From assembly GCA_038131245.1 (NCBI GenBank), contig JAYPPA010000004.1, positions 14,038 through 78,037 of the forward strand: a DNA stretch of 64,000 bases. The letters are read 5' to 3'. The notes under the pieces were generated by a model. The model was not told the origin of the DNA, searched no databases, and saw only the letters and a program-made list of their open reading frames with translations. This document shows, piece by piece, positions 46,004 through 55,386 of this stretch (position 1 is the stretch's first letter; each line of letters begins with the position of its first letter). A program made the translations under genes and the position numbers. Origin of the DNA: Rickettsia sp. Its GTDB lineage: Bacteria; Pseudomonadota; Alphaproteobacteria; Rickettsiales; UBA1997.

Positions 46004-46040
46004 ATCTAAAAATTTCTTCGATATTTACCTACTATTTGCT

Positions 46041-46164
46041 ATGTCATTTCGAATCTTTAGGTGAGAAATCCCTTGTTATCTTCGATTGGAGTGTCTTAAT
46101 TATAAATTTCTCGACCCGTTTTCAACTAACGAGAGATCTCTCACCTAAAGGTTCGAGATGACAT
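46041..46164. repeat. 124-bp repeat element with ~30-bp terminal inverted repeats (copy A)
   Basis: The left end (atgtcatttcgaatctttaggtgagaaatc, 46041-46070) matches the reverse complement of 46135-46164 (atgtcatctcgaacctttaggtgagagatc). Related to 48330-48480 in opposite orientation. Confidence 0.85.
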
Positions 46165-46198
46165 AAAGGGGAAGATAAATAAAAATATTACCTCAGCT

Positions 46199-46226
46199 CT
46201 TGAAATCCAAAAAAAAGACCATATAT
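46199..46226 (+). promoter_or_regulatory. sigma32 (RpoH)-type heat-shock promoter candidate for dnaK
   Basis: CTTGAAA (46199-46205), 13 nt, CCATATAT (46219-46226). Compare the consensus CTTGAAA-N13-15-CCCCATnT. About 63 nt upstream of the dnaK ATG. Confidence 0.6.
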
Positions 46227-46289
46227 TATTATTAGAAACAAAAAAGTGTCAATTTGGACGCTTAAATATTTAATTTAAATTTAAAAACA

Positions 46290-48218
46290 ATGTCTAAAGT
46301 AATTGGAATTGATTTGGGAACCACTAACTCATGCGTAGCCGTGATGGAAGGTGGGACTGCGAAAGTAATTGAGAATGCCGAGGGTGCTAGAACCACTCCT
46401 TCGATTGTTGGTTTTTTGGCCAATGGTGAAAAAGCGGTCGGGGCTTCTGGTAAGAGGCAGGCTGTGACTAATCCGACAAATACAATTTTTGGTATTAAAA
46501 GGTTGATTGGCCGCAGATATGATGATGAAACTACGAAAAAGGATCAGGAATTAGTGCCTTTTAAGATCGTGGAGTCAGGAAATGGTGATGCTTGGGTGGA
46601 TATTAAAGGTGAGAAGTTTTCGCCTAGTCAAATTTCTGCTTTTATTTTGACCAAAATGAAGGAGACGGCTGAGTCTTATCTTGGCGAGAAGGTTAGTCAG
46701 GCGGTAATTACTGTGCCGGCTTATTTCAACGATTCTCAGCGTCAAGCGACTAAGGATGCTGGTAAGATTGCTGGTCTTGAAGTTTTGAGGATTATCAACG
46801 AGCCGACTGCGGCGGCGCTTGCTTATGGTCTTGATAAGAAAAACTCGCAAACTATCGCAGTTTATGATCTTGGTGGTGGTACTTTTGACGTGTCGATCCT
46901 GGAAATTGGTGATGGTGTGTTTGAGGTTAAAGCGACCAATGGTGATACTTTCTTAGGTGGTGAGGATTTTGACATGAGAATCTTGGAATTCTTAAAAGAT
47001 GAGTTCAAAAAAGCCAATTCGGTTGATTTAGGTAAAGATCCGATGGCTTTGCAAAGACTTAAAGAGGCTGCGGAAAAGGCGAAGATCGAGCTTTCGAACT
47101 TAAATGAGACTGAAATTAACTTGCCATATATTACTGCGGATGCGACTGGGCCGAAGCACTTAAATGTGAAATTGACTCGTTCAAAATTAGAGCAAATAGT
47201 TGAAGATTTGATCAAAAGAACGATTGATCCATGCGAAAAAGCTTTGAAAGATGCTGGGGTTAAAGCCAGTGAAGTTGACGAGGTGATTTTGGTTGGTGGT
47301 ATGACTAGAATGCCAAAAGTTATCGAAACTGTGAAAAAGTTTTTCGGTAAAGAGCCAAATAAAGGTGTGAACCCAGATGAGGTTGTGGCGATTGGTGCCG
47401 CGATTCAAGCTGGTGTGTTGCAAGGTGATGTCAAGGATGTACTTCTTTTGGATGTTACTCCGCTTTCGCTTGGGATTGAGACTGCGGGGGGTGTGTTTAC
47501 TCGCCTGATTGATCGCAACACAACTATTCCGACGAATAAGAGTCAGGTTTTCTCGACTGCGGCTGATAATCAAACTGCGGTGACGATTAAAGTTTTCCAA
47601 GGAGAGCGCGATATTGCGGCTCATAATAAAACGCTTGGTGAATTTAATTTGGAGGGAATTGCGCCTGCGCCTAGAGGTATGCCGCAAATTGAAGTTAGCT
47701 TCGATATTGATGCTAATGGTGTGGTGAATGTTTCAGCGAAAGATAAGGCGACTGGTAAAGAGCAAAAAATCTCTATTCAATCTTCTGGTGGTTTGTCTGA
47801 GGACGAGATCGAGAAAATGGTCAAGGATGCTGAGGCTAATGCTGGGGCTGATAAAGAGCGTAAAGAGATCATCGAGGCTAGGAATCAGGCTGATTCTGCT
47901 GTGTATGAGGCTGAGAAGAGCCTAAAAGAGCACGGCGATAAGGTTGGTGATGATGTTAAAAAGCCAATCGAGGATGAGATCAAGAAAGTGAAGGATCTGC
48001 TTGAAAAAGAAGATTCTAAAGCTGCAGATTTTAAGAGCGCCACTGAAAGTTTGGTCCAGTCTTTAATGAAGATTGGCGAAGCGGTTAATGCTGCTGGTGG
48101 ATCTGAAGGTGAGGCTGGGGCTTCTTCTGACGAAGGTAAAGATGGCGAAAAAGTCGTTGATGCTGATTATGAAGAGGTTAAGGACGAGGATAAGAAAGAC
48201 GACGAGAAGAAGGATTAA
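46290..48218 (+). CDS. dnaK: molecular chaperone DnaK (Hsp70)
   Basis: 642 aa. '[14 protein letters not shown]', '[12 protein letters not shown]', '[13 protein letters not shown]' and an acidic C-terminal tail. Confidence 0.98.
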   Translation: MSKVIGIDLGTTNSCVAVMEGGTAKVIENAEGARTTPSIVGFLANGEKAVGASGKRQAVTNPTNTIFGIKRLIGRRYDDETTKKDQELVPFKIVESGNGDAWVDIKGEKFSPSQISAFILTKMKETAESYLGEKVSQAVITVPAYFNDSQRQATKDAGKIAGLEVLRIINEPTAAALAYGLDKKNSQTIAVYDLGGGTFDVSILEIGDGVFEVKATNGDTFLGGEDFDMRILEFLKDEFKKANSVDLGKDPMALQRLKEAAEKAKIELSNLNETEINLPYITADATGPKHLNVKLTRSKLEQIVEDLIKRTIDPCEKALKDAGVKASEVDEVILVGGMTRMPKVIETVKKFFGKEPNKGVNPDEVVAIGAAIQAGVLQGDVKDVLLLDVTPLSLGIETAGGVFTRLIDRNTTIPTNKSQVFSTAADNQTAVTIKVFQGERDIAAHNKTLGEFNLEGIAPAPRGMPQIEVSFDIDANGVVNVSAKDKATGKEQKISIQSSGGLSEDEIEKMVKDAEANAGADKERKEIIEARNQADSAVYEAEKSLKEHGDKVGDDVKKPIEDEIKKVKDLLEKEDSKAADFKSATESLVQSLMKIGEAVNAAGGSEGEAGASSDEGKDGEKVVDADYEEVKDEDKKDDEKKD

Positions 48219-48243
48219 GCTTCATATCTCGGCTTTTAGAGCT

Positions 48244-48292
48244 TTTTTTCTAACCGATCCAAGTATTATTTACGAGGACGGTTAGAGAAAAA
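48244..48292. repeat. 49-bp hairpin element (short member of the caattggatcg/ccaagta..tacgagga palindrome family)
   Basis: tttttttctaaccgatccaagtattatttacgaggacggttagagaaaaa. The central ccaagta.tat..tacgagga is shared with 39112-39131. May double as the dnaK terminator. Confidence 0.75.
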
Positions 48293-48329
48293 CGCCTTAT
48301 GAATCAACTATTTTGCTTAATCAGGTTCT

Positions 48330-48480
48330 GTGTCATAGGTGAGGGATCGCTCGTTAGATCAAAACCAGGTTTCGAGGTGGATTTGCTTTGAGTCTGGTCG
48401 AGGTTAACAAGGGATCTTACGCGAAGTTTTTTTAGAATTTTTCTGACGAAAAATTTAAAAACTAGCGCTCAAGATGACAT
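48330..48480. repeat. ~151-bp degenerate copy (B) of the 46041-46164 element, inverted orientation
   Basis: gtgtcat..aggtgagggatcgctcgttagatcaaaaccaggtttcgag..tcgaggttaacaagggatc..gatgacat aligns with the reverse complement of copy A (aggtgagagatctctcgttagttgaaaacgggtcgag..tcgaagataacaagggatt..aatgacat). Confidence 0.75.
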
Positions 48481-48509
48481 AGAGGTGGTGTGGAGTTGGT
48501 AACTTTTGG

Positions 48510-49196
48510 TTACGCAACCTTCTTTGATTCTTTTTTTACTCCAAAGCCCATTGCGACTAGGTAAATTTCCGAAGAATCTTTACGGGAAGATTCTGGTTTG
48601 AAATATTTCACGGTTTGGAAATTTTTGCGAAGAATTTTTACTAACTCTTCTGAACTTCCGCCTTCGAAGATTTTTCCTGCGAAACATCCTTTGTAATTGA
48701 GGATTTTTTCTCCTAAATATAGAGCTTCTTCAAGAAGATTCATGATGCGCATATGGTCGAGTTTTTTGTCTCCAGTAGTGTTGGCTGCCATATCAGAAAG
48801 CAAAACATCGCACCGAGTTCGGCCGGTTTTTTCTTCAATTAGGTCGCAGATAATTTGTGGTGCATTTTCATCTAGAAAGTCGAGCTGTAGGCAGTGAACA
48901 CCTGGAATTGGTGGAATTTCGAGTAAATCAATAGCAAAAACCTTGCCTTCTCCGACCTTTTCGACTGCGACTTGGCTCCATCCGCCGGGGGCTGCCCCTA
49001 GATCGAGGACGATTTTATTTTTCTTGAAGATTTTGAATTTTTCGTCAATTTCGATGATTTTGAAAGCTGCGCGCGAGCGATAGCCTTGGGCTTTGGCTTT
49101 TTTTACCAAAGGGTCATTCATTTGACGCAAAAGCCACTTTTGTGAAGAGTTTTTGAGCCTTTTTGCTTTTTTGAGTTTTTGTACTTTTTTTGGCAA
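48510..49196 (-). CDS. rlmE: 23S rRNA (uridine2552-2'-O)-methyltransferase RlmE/FtsJ
   Basis: 228 aa. 'YRSRAAFKIIEIDEKF', SAM motif 'VLDLGAAPGGWSQV', 'DVLLSDMAANTTG' and 'AGKIFEG'. TTG start. Confidence 0.9.
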   Translation of the reverse strand: MPKKVQKLKKAKRLKNSSQKWLLRQMNDPLVKKAKAQGYRSRAAFKIIEIDEKFKIFKKNKIVLDLGAAPGGWSQVAVEKVGEGKVFAIDLLEIPPIPGVHCLQLDFLDENAPQIICDLIEEKTGRTRCDVLLSDMAANTTGDKKLDHMRIMNLLEEALYLGEKILNYKGCFAGKIFEGGSSEELVKILRKNFQTVKYFKPESSRKDSSEIYLVAMGFGVKKESKKVA

Positions 49197-49265
49197 AATT
49201 ATGTGTTTTGTTGTTATTTTCTTGGATTGCTCACCTAAATTGGCTTGTAATGCTGATAAGGCGCC

Positions 49266-49478
49266 TTAGCAATCAATATCGCCATCATCTTCAACTTCAC
49301 AGTCTTCGATGATTTCTTCGACAGCATCACGAAAGTCGCTGTCATTTTCTAGGTCCGAAGCATCCATCCCAGCAACTTTGGCATAGGCTTTTGCTAATAG
49401 GTTAACTTTGCTTTCTCGCATGATGTCGTTAAACATATAGCCAGTTGAGAAAATTGCTAATATCAAAATAAATCTCAT
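49266..49478 (-). CDS. small hypothetical exported acidic protein
   Basis: 70 aa with a hydrophobic N-terminus (MRFILILAIFSTGYMF) and an Asp/Glu-rich C-terminus ending in Cys. Starts 5 nt after the guaA stop. Confidence 0.4.
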   Translation of the reverse strand: MRFILILAIFSTGYMFNDIMRESKVNLLAKAYAKVAGMDASDLENDSDFRDAVEEIIEDCEVEDDGDIDC

Positions 49479-49483
49479 TTAGT

Positions 49484-51079
49484 TTACTCCCATTCAATTG
49501 TTCCTGGTGGTTTTGAGGTGTGGTCGTAAACAACGCGGTTGATTCCAGGTACTTCATTGATTATTCTGGTGGAGACTTTGTTTAAAAATTGCGATTGAAA
49601 GTTGTAAACTTCAGCCGTCATGCCATCTACAGAATTTACAGCGCGAAGTGCGAGGACATTTTCATAAGTTCGATTGTCACCCATAACTCCGACGGTTTTG
49701 ACTGGGAGTAGGACTGAGAAAGCTTGCCAAATTTTACGATAAAGGTCAGCTTTTTTGATTTCTTCGATGAAAATCGCGTCAGCTTTTTGCAAGATTTCGA
49801 TTTTTTGAGAGTCAATGTCGCTTAAAATACGAATTGCAAGCCCCGGCCCAGGAAACGGATGGCGGTAAACTAAGTCGTCTGGCAAGTCGAGTTCTTTGCC
49901 GAGTTTTCTTACTTCGTCTTTGAAGAGCATCCTGATTGGCTCTAGAAGTTTTAGATTCATTTTTTCTGGTAGGCCGCCAACATTATGGTGAGACTTGATG
50001 GTTTGGCTTTTACCGTCGTTTGGATGCGAAGATTCAATTACATCGGGATATAATGTCCCTTGAGCTAAGAATGCAACATTATCGATTTTTTTAGCTTCAC
50101 TGTCGAAGACTTCAATGAAGGTGTTGCCGATGATTTTGCGTTTTTGCTCAGGGTCAGTGACTCCTTTTAATTTTTTCAAGAATAATTCTTTAGCATCAAC
50201 GGCGATAAAGTTAATGTCGAAATCTTTAAAGGCTTCGATGACTTCTTCTTTTTCGTTGAGGCGAAGTAGGCCATGGTCGACGAAGATGCAGGTTAGTTGT
50301 TTGTCAATGGCGCGGCTTATTAGGGCGGCTGCGACTGAGGAATCGACTCCTCCACTAAGTCCACAGATTACATTTTTGTCGCCAACTGTTTCTTTGATAG
50401 CTTGGATTTGGGCTTCTTTGAAATTGCCCATGTCCCAATTTTTTTCGCATTTTGCGATTTTTAAGATGAAGTTTTCGATGATTTTATGGCCGCGAATGGT
50501 GTGAGATACTTCTGGGTGGAATTGTAGGCCGTAGATTTTCTTTTCTTCGTTGGCAATTATCGCGTATGGTGTGTCTTTGGTAGAGGCAATTATTTTAAAT
50601 CCTCCAGGGACTTGTTCGACGCGATCGCTGTGACTCATCCAGACTTGATTGACTAAGGAGTGGTCAGTTTCGGTTAGGTGAGGGTATGCATCGGTGTCGT
50701 GTATTGATATATCGGCGATTTTGTCGGTTAATGGTGAGGGTTCTTGGTGTTCTATTGTGGCTTGGCCGAATTCTCTAGTGCTGGATTTTTCAACTTTTCC
50801 GCCTAATGTGTGGCAGATTAGCTGTTGGCCGTAGCAAATTCCAAGAATTGGGATTCCAAGATCGAAGATTTCTTTGTCGATTTGCGGGGCGTCTTTTTCG
50901 TAGACAGAGTAGGGTCCGCCGGATAAAATGATGGCTGAAGGCCCGATATGTCTAATTTCGTCTAAAGTGATGTCGGGGTTTTTTAGCTCTGAGTAAATAT
51001 TTAATTCGCGGATTTTACGGGCGATTAGCTCTGTTACTTGGCTGCCGTAGTCTATAATTAGGACACTATTTTGCATCAT
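49484..51079 (-). CDS. guaA: GMP synthase (glutamine-hydrolysing)
   Basis: 531 aa. GATase 'GICYGQQL', PP-loop 'GLSGGVDSSV' and C-terminal 'SKPPGTIEWE'. Confidence 0.97.
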   Translation of the reverse strand: MMQNSVLIIDYGSQVTELIARKIRELNIYSELKNPDITLDEIRHIGPSAIILSGGPYSVYEKDAPQIDKEIFDLGIPILGICYGQQLICHTLGGKVEKSSTREFGQATIEHQEPSPLTDKIADISIHDTDAYPHLTETDHSLVNQVWMSHSDRVEQVPGGFKIIASTKDTPYAIIANEEKKIYGLQFHPEVSHTIRGHKIIENFILKIAKCEKNWDMGNFKEAQIQAIKETVGDKNVICGLSGGVDSSVAAALISRAIDKQLTCIFVDHGLLRLNEKEEVIEAFKDFDINFIAVDAKELFLKKLKGVTDPEQKRKIIGNTFIEVFDSEAKKIDNVAFLAQGTLYPDVIESSHPNDGKSQTIKSHHNVGGLPEKMNLKLLEPIRMLFKDEVRKLGKELDLPDDLVYRHPFPGPGLAIRILSDIDSQKIEILQKADAIFIEEIKKADLYRKIWQAFSVLLPVKTVGVMGDNRTYENVLALRAVNSVDGMTAEVYNFQSQFLNKVSTRIINEVPGINRVVYDHTSKPPGTIEWE

Positions 51080-51104
51080 CTGTTAGATTTATTAGTATAT
51101 GACT

Positions 51105-51133
51105 ATTTTACAATGATTTTTAGGAAAATGCAA
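51105..51133 (-). promoter_or_regulatory. sigma70-type promoter candidate (TTGCAT-17-TAAAAT) for guaA
   Basis: -35 = 51128-51133, -10 = 51105-51110 on the minus strand. Confidence 0.5.
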
Positions 51134-51141
51134 GGGTTGTT

Positions 51142-52125
51142 TTAAGTACAAATAACCCCGACAATCTTCTTTTTTACATTTTCGACCTCAAATTCTCCTT
51201 CTAGAATCTCATGGATGGTTTGACAAAGAGATAATTTTACGCCAAGTTTTGTTGCTAAGCGGTTGATTGATTCGGCGTTAATGGCTCCTTCGTAAGTTTT
51301 GGTTTTTTTAAGAGTTGAGTATTTTTCGCCTTGGCCGATTTTTGAACCTAGAGAGTTGTTGCGTGACTTAGTGGTGGAGCAGGTTAGGAAGATGTCTCCA
51401 AAGCTTGCAGGGTTATCGGTTTGTGGATTTTGATCACCAAGTGATTTGGCTAGTAATTTTATTTCTTCAATTCCTTGAAGTAAGAGAGCGGCTTTGCTGT
51501 TCTCTCCAAGGCCGAGACCGTCGTTAATTCCACAGGCAATGGCCATGATGTTTTTGACGACGCTGGAAATTTCGGCAATTAGGATATTTGGCAGAAAAAT
51601 TGGCTTAAAATAGTTATTTTGCATGGCTTTTATAACTCTTTTGGCGAAATTTTCATCTAAAGAAGCAATATTTGTGACAGAAGGGACTTTTTGGGCGACT
51701 TCGATGGCAAAGTTTGGGCCAGAAAGTACAGCAATTGGATGGTTTGGGATTTTTTCTTCGATTATTTGGTGAAAAAGTTTCAATGATTGATGGTCAAGGC
51801 CTTTTGTACAAATCACAAAACCACAATTTTCTTGTAAATTAATACTGGAAAGTTGCTCAATGATTATTGGCACAACATTTGAAGGTACGACGATGTATAT
51901 TAGGCTTGAGTTTGTGGCTTCTTCTTTTAAATTAGTTGAGCATTTGAGGTTCTTTTCGAGATTTATTCCAGGTAAGGCGGTTGCATGAGTGTTTTTTTGG
52001 TTGATTTCTTCGCTAATTTTGCTAAGATCAGATATAGCGCAAACTTCATGTGTATTATGAGCTAGTAAATTTGCGATTGCGGTGCCCCAGGCGCCGGCTC
52101 CTACAACTGTAATTTTTTCTTTCAT
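51142..52125 (-). CDS. gpsA: NAD(P)H-dependent glycerol-3-phosphate dehydrogenase
   Basis: 'KITVVGAGAWGTAIANLLA' begins right after the Met at 52125. 'GPNFAIEVA' and 'KNIMAIACGI' also fit. The 27-codon extension in the track (to 52206) would overlap the divergent aminotransferase gene. Confidence 0.88.
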   Translation of the reverse strand: MKEKITVVGAGAWGTAIANLLAHNTHEVCAISDLSKISEEINQKNTHATALPGINLEKNLKCSTNLKEEATNSSLIYIVVPSNVVPIIIEQLSSINLQENCGFVICTKGLDHQSLKLFHQIIEEKIPNHPIAVLSGPNFAIEVAQKVPSVTNIASLDENFAKRVIKAMQNNYFKPIFLPNILIAEISSVVKNIMAIACGINDGLGLGENSKAALLLQGIEEIKLLAKSLGDQNPQTDNPASFGDIFLTCSTTKSRNNSLGSKIGQGEKYSTLKKTKTYEGAINAESINRLATKLGVKLSLCQTIHEILEGEFEVENVKKKIVGVICT

Positions 52126-52974
52126 ATGTCTCAAATTAGTTTTGTAAATAATCAGTTCATTAAGCGTAATCAGGCTTTTATCCATATTGAAGATCGCGCT
52201 TTTCAATTTGCAGACGGCGTTTATGAGGTGATTTTGCTTAAAAATGGTAAATTAATTGATGCAAAACCTCATTTAAATCGTCTTTTTAATGGACTATTTA
52301 AGCTTAACATAAATCATAATTTTTTACAAGATGAAATTGTGGAAAATATTTTAAAATTATTTAAGAGAAATGAAATGGAGGATGGTTTTGTGTATTTGCA
52401 GGTAAGTCGCGGGGTTGCGAAGCGACAACCAACATTACCGCAAAATATTGAGCCGAATTTCGTGATGACGGTTGATGTTTGCAAGGAATTTACTGATGAA
52501 GAATTTGCTAAGGGCGTAAAAATTATGAGCGCGGACGATATTCGTTGGCATATGGTGGATGTGAAAACGACGGCGCTTTTGGCTTCATCGATGGCGAAGC
52601 AAAAAGCGGCTGATTTGGGGTTTGATGATGCGCTTTTTGTGCGAGATGGCGTGGTGACTGAAGGGAGCTTTGCAAATTTCTTTTTTGTTGATGGCGATAG
52701 GAATTTAGTGACGAAGAAGCTTGACAATTTGGTTTTGCCAGGAATTACGCGGGCGCGAATTATTGATTTAGCTAAGGGTCAGGGCCTGCGGGTGGTTGAG
52801 AGGGATTTTTCGCTAGGCGAGGTTTTGACTAGCGCCAAAGAGGCGTTTTTGACGAGTTCTGTTTTGCTTGTAAGGCCAGTGGTGCAAATTGATGAGAATT
52901 TGATTGGAAATGGTCAGGTTGGCGAAGTGACAAAGCTACTAAAGCGGCTTTATTTGGGTTTTATTGGAAATTAG
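52126..52974 (+). CDS. class IV aminotransferase (D-amino-acid aminotransferase-like)
   Basis: 282 aa. 'EDRAFQFADGVYEVI', 'YLQVSRG' and 'VKTTALLASSMAKQKA' (PLP-Lys region). Confidence 0.8.
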   Translation: MSQISFVNNQFIKRNQAFIHIEDRAFQFADGVYEVILLKNGKLIDAKPHLNRLFNGLFKLNINHNFLQDEIVENILKLFKRNEMEDGFVYLQVSRGVAKRQPTLPQNIEPNFVMTVDVCKEFTDEEFAKGVKIMSADDIRWHMVDVKTTALLASSMAKQKAADLGFDDALFVRDGVVTEGSFANFFFVDGDRNLVTKKLDNLVLPGITRARIIDLAKGQGLRVVERDFSLGEVLTSAKEAFLTSSVLLVRPVVQIDENLIGNGQVGEVTKLLKRLYLGFIGN

Positions 52975-52975
52975 G

Positions 52976-55315
52976 TTACTTGCGTGATACCAGCTTGTCT
53001 GATCCGGCAAGTCTTTGTCCGCGAGGCTTTAAAAGCGATGTTGTTGGCTTTGGTCTTGCACTTTCGCTTGGCGGAGCATCACTTGCTTTGAGGGAAGTTT
53101 TTGAATCTGATTTACCATCTTTTTCTTGCTCTTGCATGGTATCAAGTGCTTTTACTACTCCGCTATAAACCATGTAGCCTGCATATACAAGAACCCTTGC
53201 AAATGAAATGTTTGCTTCAATTGAGCTGGCGGATTCTATCCTTGTGGAATGATGTGAAGTATAGCCGGGTATTACTCCTTTGTGAGCCCCAAAACTTTCT
53301 AATGCACCTGATGATAGGGAATTTTCCTGTTTAAATAATCCGCTTTGGGCTTCATATTCTGTTTCCCATGGCGTCGGTGCGTTTATTGCTCTTGATAGGT
53401 GAGCTTTTCTTTCTTTTGATGATTTTTCTAATTTTATTGATAGATCTTCAAGGAATTTTTGTAATTCTTCTTCGTAACTTTTAATATCACCTTGTAGTGC
53501 TCTCATTGGATCTTCTTCTGGGTGTTGTTTTTTAAGTTCTATTGCGCTGGACAGTATGAGATCTTGAAAAGATCCTAGTTTTACCTTCAGTGCCTCTTTA
53601 ATTTCTTCTTGTTGTTTTTTTGTATTTTCTTTTTCGCCTTCTTTAAGGCTTTTTCTTATTGCTGGATGGGTTTGTGCCTCTTGCATTTCTCCTTCTAATT
53701 CCCGAAGGTTTTCTTTGGCTAAATTTCTTGCAAGACCTAGAGTGTCTTTAAGACCTTCTTCTAATCCTATATCATCCTCAATTCTTTTTCTAAAATATAT
53801 AACGGCATACAGGGTTTCTTGATAAGATGCTAGTTCTTGCATGCAGATTTTTGATCTTTCTCGTAGTCTTAATAGAGAATCTTCTTGTAGGGATCTTGTT
53901 AACTTTTCTAATTCTTGCTCTGACGGTTTTTCTAATAGAGCTGTGTCTAATAATTGATCTTGAGCAGCTTTCATTTGCTCTTCAGTTTGACTTTTAAGAT
54001 AAGCTTGTAAAAGTTCTAGTTGAGCATCCTGGTATCTTTTGACACTATCTTCTACTGTTCCTAAGTTTTTCCATCCATCTTGAGATTCTCCCTCTCTTAC
54101 TTCTTGCAAATATCTTTCGGCGCTTTCTTGCATTTGCGCGTTACATGCAGCTATTTTTTGAGTTATTGATTCTCTGAAGGTTATTATTTCTTCTAGAGCT
54201 TCTTTGTAATCTTTTTGACGATTTGAAACTTCTTCTTTTAAGCAAATTTCAGTAAAATCTTTTAATCTCTTTTCGTAGGCTGCTCTTTGTGCGTCTGGGT
54301 CTTTTTTTTCTGAACCTTGCGCCATTCTTTCTTCAGCTAGCTTGGATATAAGCGCTCCCATTTCTGAGTCAAACCACTTCCCAAGGTCTTTTAAGTGGGT
54401 TTCTAAATATGTTTTTAGGATTTTTATTGTTGCTTTATCAATTCCCCTGTCTTTTAAGCTTTGAAGATGTTTTTTATATTCTTTTTTTATTGCCATTACG
54501 AAGATCGTTCTTCGAAGCTCTATGGCTTCAGCCAATTCTTCTCTTATTTCTTGAGTTAGCCGATCTTTTTCTTCTGATGCCCTTACTTTTTCTGTGAGTT
54601 GGGTTTTGGTAGAATTTACGCTGTCTGTACAGGCTTTTGAGCATGTTGCGAATTTATCCTGTAATGTTTTTTGGTAGGTTTTTAATAGCTTTTGAAGATC
54701 TTCCGGCGTTGGATTATGTTGCATTACGGACTGCAGATGTTCTAAAATTTCAGAAGTACCTTTTTCCATTTCTGCTTTAATCCATATTTCTAGCTGCACA
54801 ATAAGGTTTCTTGATCCCTCTTTATCAGATTGAGAAATTTTTGCATTTTTTTCATCTTGCAAATATTCCTCTAGGTCTTCTTTTAATTTTGCTATGAAGG
54901 CTTCTTTTTGTCTTTCTATTTCGCGAATTGTTTTATTTATTTTTTGTTCTTCAAGTTGCAATTCTTGCTCTTTAAGCTGCGTTTCTAGAAGTTTTAGTGA
55001 GTCTTTTTCTACCATGCCCTTGATTTGCCCCAACATAACCTCAAGTACTTCTGGCGGTTGCTCTTGAGATTCAATCACTGCAAATATAGCTTTTTTACAC
55101 TCATCTATTTGAGCTTGAATTGCTTTTCTCAATCGTTCTTGTTGAGCTTTTTCTTCTTCTTGACTTGTTGCTATGGATTTCTCACTTAATTCTTGTAGGC
55201 GCTTTTCTAAAAGAGGGGCTACTGATTTTTCGAATTCAGCTACTTTTGCGGCAGCAATTTGACTTGACGATTTCGCAACTTCTGATGCTTGGTTTTCTGG
55301 ACCTGGTTGTAACAT
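52976..55315 (-). CDS. 779-aa Glu/Lys/Gln/Leu-rich coiled-coil protein with C-terminal hydrophobic segment; candidate effector/structural protein
   Basis: No signal peptide. About 650 aa are heptad-like low-complexity helix. Near the C-terminus lies 'ANISFARVLVYAGYMVYSGVVKAL', then a basic tail. No enzymatic motif. Confidence 0.5.
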   Translation of the reverse strand: MLQPGPENQASEVAKSSSQIAAAKVAEFEKSVAPLLEKRLQELSEKSIATSQEEEKAQQERLRKAIQAQIDECKKAIFAVIESQEQPPEVLEVMLGQIKGMVEKDSLKLLETQLKEQELQLEEQKINKTIREIERQKEAFIAKLKEDLEEYLQDEKNAKISQSDKEGSRNLIVQLEIWIKAEMEKGTSEILEHLQSVMQHNPTPEDLQKLLKTYQKTLQDKFATCSKACTDSVNSTKTQLTEKVRASEEKDRLTQEIREELAEAIELRRTIFVMAIKKEYKKHLQSLKDRGIDKATIKILKTYLETHLKDLGKWFDSEMGALISKLAEERMAQGSEKKDPDAQRAAYEKRLKDFTEICLKEEVSNRQKDYKEALEEIITFRESITQKIAACNAQMQESAERYLQEVREGESQDGWKNLGTVEDSVKRYQDAQLELLQAYLKSQTEEQMKAAQDQLLDTALLEKPSEQELEKLTRSLQEDSLLRLRERSKICMQELASYQETLYAVIYFRKRIEDDIGLEEGLKDTLGLARNLAKENLRELEGEMQEAQTHPAIRKSLKEGEKENTKKQQEEIKEALKVKLGSFQDLILSSAIELKKQHPEEDPMRALQGDIKSYEEELQKFLEDLSIKLEKSSKERKAHLSRAINAPTPWETEYEAQSGLFKQENSLSSGALESFGAHKGVIPGYTSHHSTRIESASSIEANISFARVLVYAGYMVYSGVVKALDTMQEQEKDGKSDSKTSLKASDAPPSESARPKPTTSLLKPRGQRLAGSDKLVSRK

Positions 55316-55342
55316 TTTATTTTTTTAATTGTTACTTTTTTA

Positions 55343-55371
55343 ATCTTAACATAAGTGGATTAATATTGCAA
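55343..55371 (-). promoter_or_regulatory. sigma70-type promoter candidate (TTGCAA-17-TAAGAT) for the coiled-coil gene
   Basis: -35 = 55366-55371, -10 = 55343-55348 on the minus strand. Confidence 0.4.
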
Positions 55372-55386
55372 TAAAAATCAATATGA

